A DNA stretch of 9,186 nucleotides from the IMG/VR virus record IMGVR_UViG_2548876943_000020. One strand, written 5' to 3'. This document shows, in pieces, positions 8,144 through 9,186 of this stretch (position 1 is its first letter; each line of letters opens with the position of its first letter). The DNA comes from a virus. Lineage: Duplodnaviria > Heunggongvirae > Uroviricota > Caudoviricetes. The notes under the pieces were generated by a model. That model made no database searches, was not told the DNA's origin, and saw only the letters and a list, made by a program, of their open reading frames with translations. The position numbers and the translations under genes are program-made.

Positions 8144-8995
8144 ATGATAAATTATGTCTACGGCGAACAACTGTACCAGGAGTTCGTCAGCTTCAGGGAT
8201 CTCTTTCTAAAAAAAGCTGTTGCACGCGCCCAACACGTTGATGCCGCCAGCGACGGTCGTCCTGTACGCCCGGTTGTCGTTCTGCCGTTCAAAGAAACGG
8301 ACAGCATTCAGGCTGAAATTGATAAATGGACTTTAATGGCGCGGGAACTGGAACAGTACCCAGACCTCAATATCCCAAAGACTATTTTATATCCAGTGCC
8401 TAACATCCTTCGCGGTGTGCGTAAGGTTACAACTTATCAGACAGAAGCTGTGAACAGCGTCAACATGACCGCTGGCCGCATTATTCATCTGATTGATAAG
8501 GACATTCGCATCCAGAAAAGCGCGGGGATCAATGAGCACAGTGCGAAATACATAGAGAACCTGGAAGCAACAAAAGAGCTAATGAAGCAGTACCCGGAGG
8601 ATGAAAAATTCCGTATGCGTGTACACGGCTTTAGCGAAACAATGCTGCGCGTCCATTACATTTCCAGTAGCCCTAACTACAATGATGGTAAATCAGTTAG
8701 TTACCATGTGCCGCTGTGTGGTGTGTTTATCTGCGATGAAACTCTCCGTGATGGAATCATCATCAACGGTGAATTCGAGAAAGCAAAATTTAGCCTTTAT
8801 GACTCTATAGAACCGATCATCTGCGACCGCTGGCCGCAGGCAAAAATATATCGCCTGGCAGATATTGAAAATGTAAAAAAACAAATTGCCATCACTCGCG
8901 AAGAGAAAAAGGTTAAGTCAGCCGCATCAGTTGCGCGCAGCCGTAAAACCAAGAAGGGGCAGCCAGTAAACGACAACCCCGAAAGCGCGCAATAA
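8144..8995 (+). CDS. c1: C1-like primary immunity repressor, 283 aa
   Basis: 283-aa ORF with SD GGAGGAGGA upstream. Length, position downstream of coi, convergent orientation to the flanking gene and the cognate operator motifs in the window all match P1 C1 as I recall it. Confidence 0.85.
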   Translation: MINYVYGEQLYQEFVSFRDLFLKKAVARAQHVDAASDGRPVRPVVVLPFKETDSIQAEIDKWTLMARELEQYPDLNIPKTILYPVPNILRGVRKVTTYQTEAVNSVNMTAGRIIHLIDKDIRIQKSAGINEHSAKYIENLEATKELMKQYPEDEKFRMRVHGFSETMLRVHYISSSPNYNDGKSVSYHVPLCGVFICDETLRDGIIINGEFEKAKFSLYDSIEPIICDRWPQAKIYRLADIENVKKQIAITREEKKVKSAASVARSRKTKKGQPVNDNPESAQ

Positions 8996-8998
8996 ATT

Positions 8999-9020
8999 AT
9001 GCCCGGCATCAACCGGGCAT
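8999..9020. terminator. Hairpin between the convergent c1 and right flanking gene
   Basis: ATGCCCGG-catcaa-CCGGGCAT, an 8-bp stem directly after the c1 stop, followed by a weak T-rich tract. Confidence 0.35.
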
Positions 9021-9027
9021 TCTTCCA

Positions 9028-9186
9028 TTATTCAGCCGCCACCGGTTTTAACAAGCCAGCATCGAGCAGTTTACGCGTCAACCACTGCTGGCCTTTACCC
9101 GTTAATTGAGGCGTCAACCGTATCTGGTAGCCATCTTCATCATCCAGCACCACTTCTTTCACCGTGAAATACCCGGCGTTGATGTA
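9028..9186 (-). CDS. 3' end (last 52 codons plus TAA) of the same unidentified gene as at 1..159; partial, continues beyond the window
   Basis: The minus-strand frame encodes the same 52 residues as 1..159, with 13 synonymous codon differences and a TAA stop. Confidence 0.5.
   Translation of the reverse strand, partial: YINAGYFTVKEVVLDDEDGYQIRLTPQLTGKGQQWLTRKLLDAGLLKPVAAE
9028..9186. repeat. Right arm of the imperfect inverted repeat (partner 1..159)
   Basis: See the left arm. Homology ends exactly at the stop codon and identity is perfect at the window edge, so the repeat probably extends beyond the window. Confidence 0.9.

Noticed and set aside
8601-9012. ORFs 8601..8810 (+), 8693..8884 (-) and 8797..9012 (-) inside or antisense to c1
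   Set aside because: All are contained within the 283-aa c1 ORF, which is strongly supported by size, RBS and context.

Overview
This window reads as a compact bacteriophage P1-like module. A canonical 34-bp loxP site (7409..7442) sits between a leftward cre operon and a rightward immC operon (coi then c1). Leftward from loxP on the minus strand: a 73-aa ORF, a 131-aa ORF whose TGA overlaps the cre ATG (ATGA), cre, a 103-aa ORF, ref, a 213-aa ORF, then a portal-like gene and a prohead protease/scaffold-like gene. A TTG-initiated 82-aa lxc/bof-like gene lies on the plus strand between the 213-aa ORF and the portal. Several matches to the P1 C1 operator consensus (ATTGCTCTAATAAATTT) are present. 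Cre, loxP and the operator consensus are recognised from memory; no database search was possible. Three things stand out. (1) The 8.9-kb module is bracketed by two inverted copies of the last 159 nt of the same unidentified gene, differing only at synonymous sites. (2) The 131-aa ORF (with the 73-aa ORF upstream) sits where, as I recall, P1 has only a ~0.43-kb leader before cre. (3) The positions where P1 carries res/mod and darB are empty here. No rRNA, tRNA, CRISPR array or IS element was seen.
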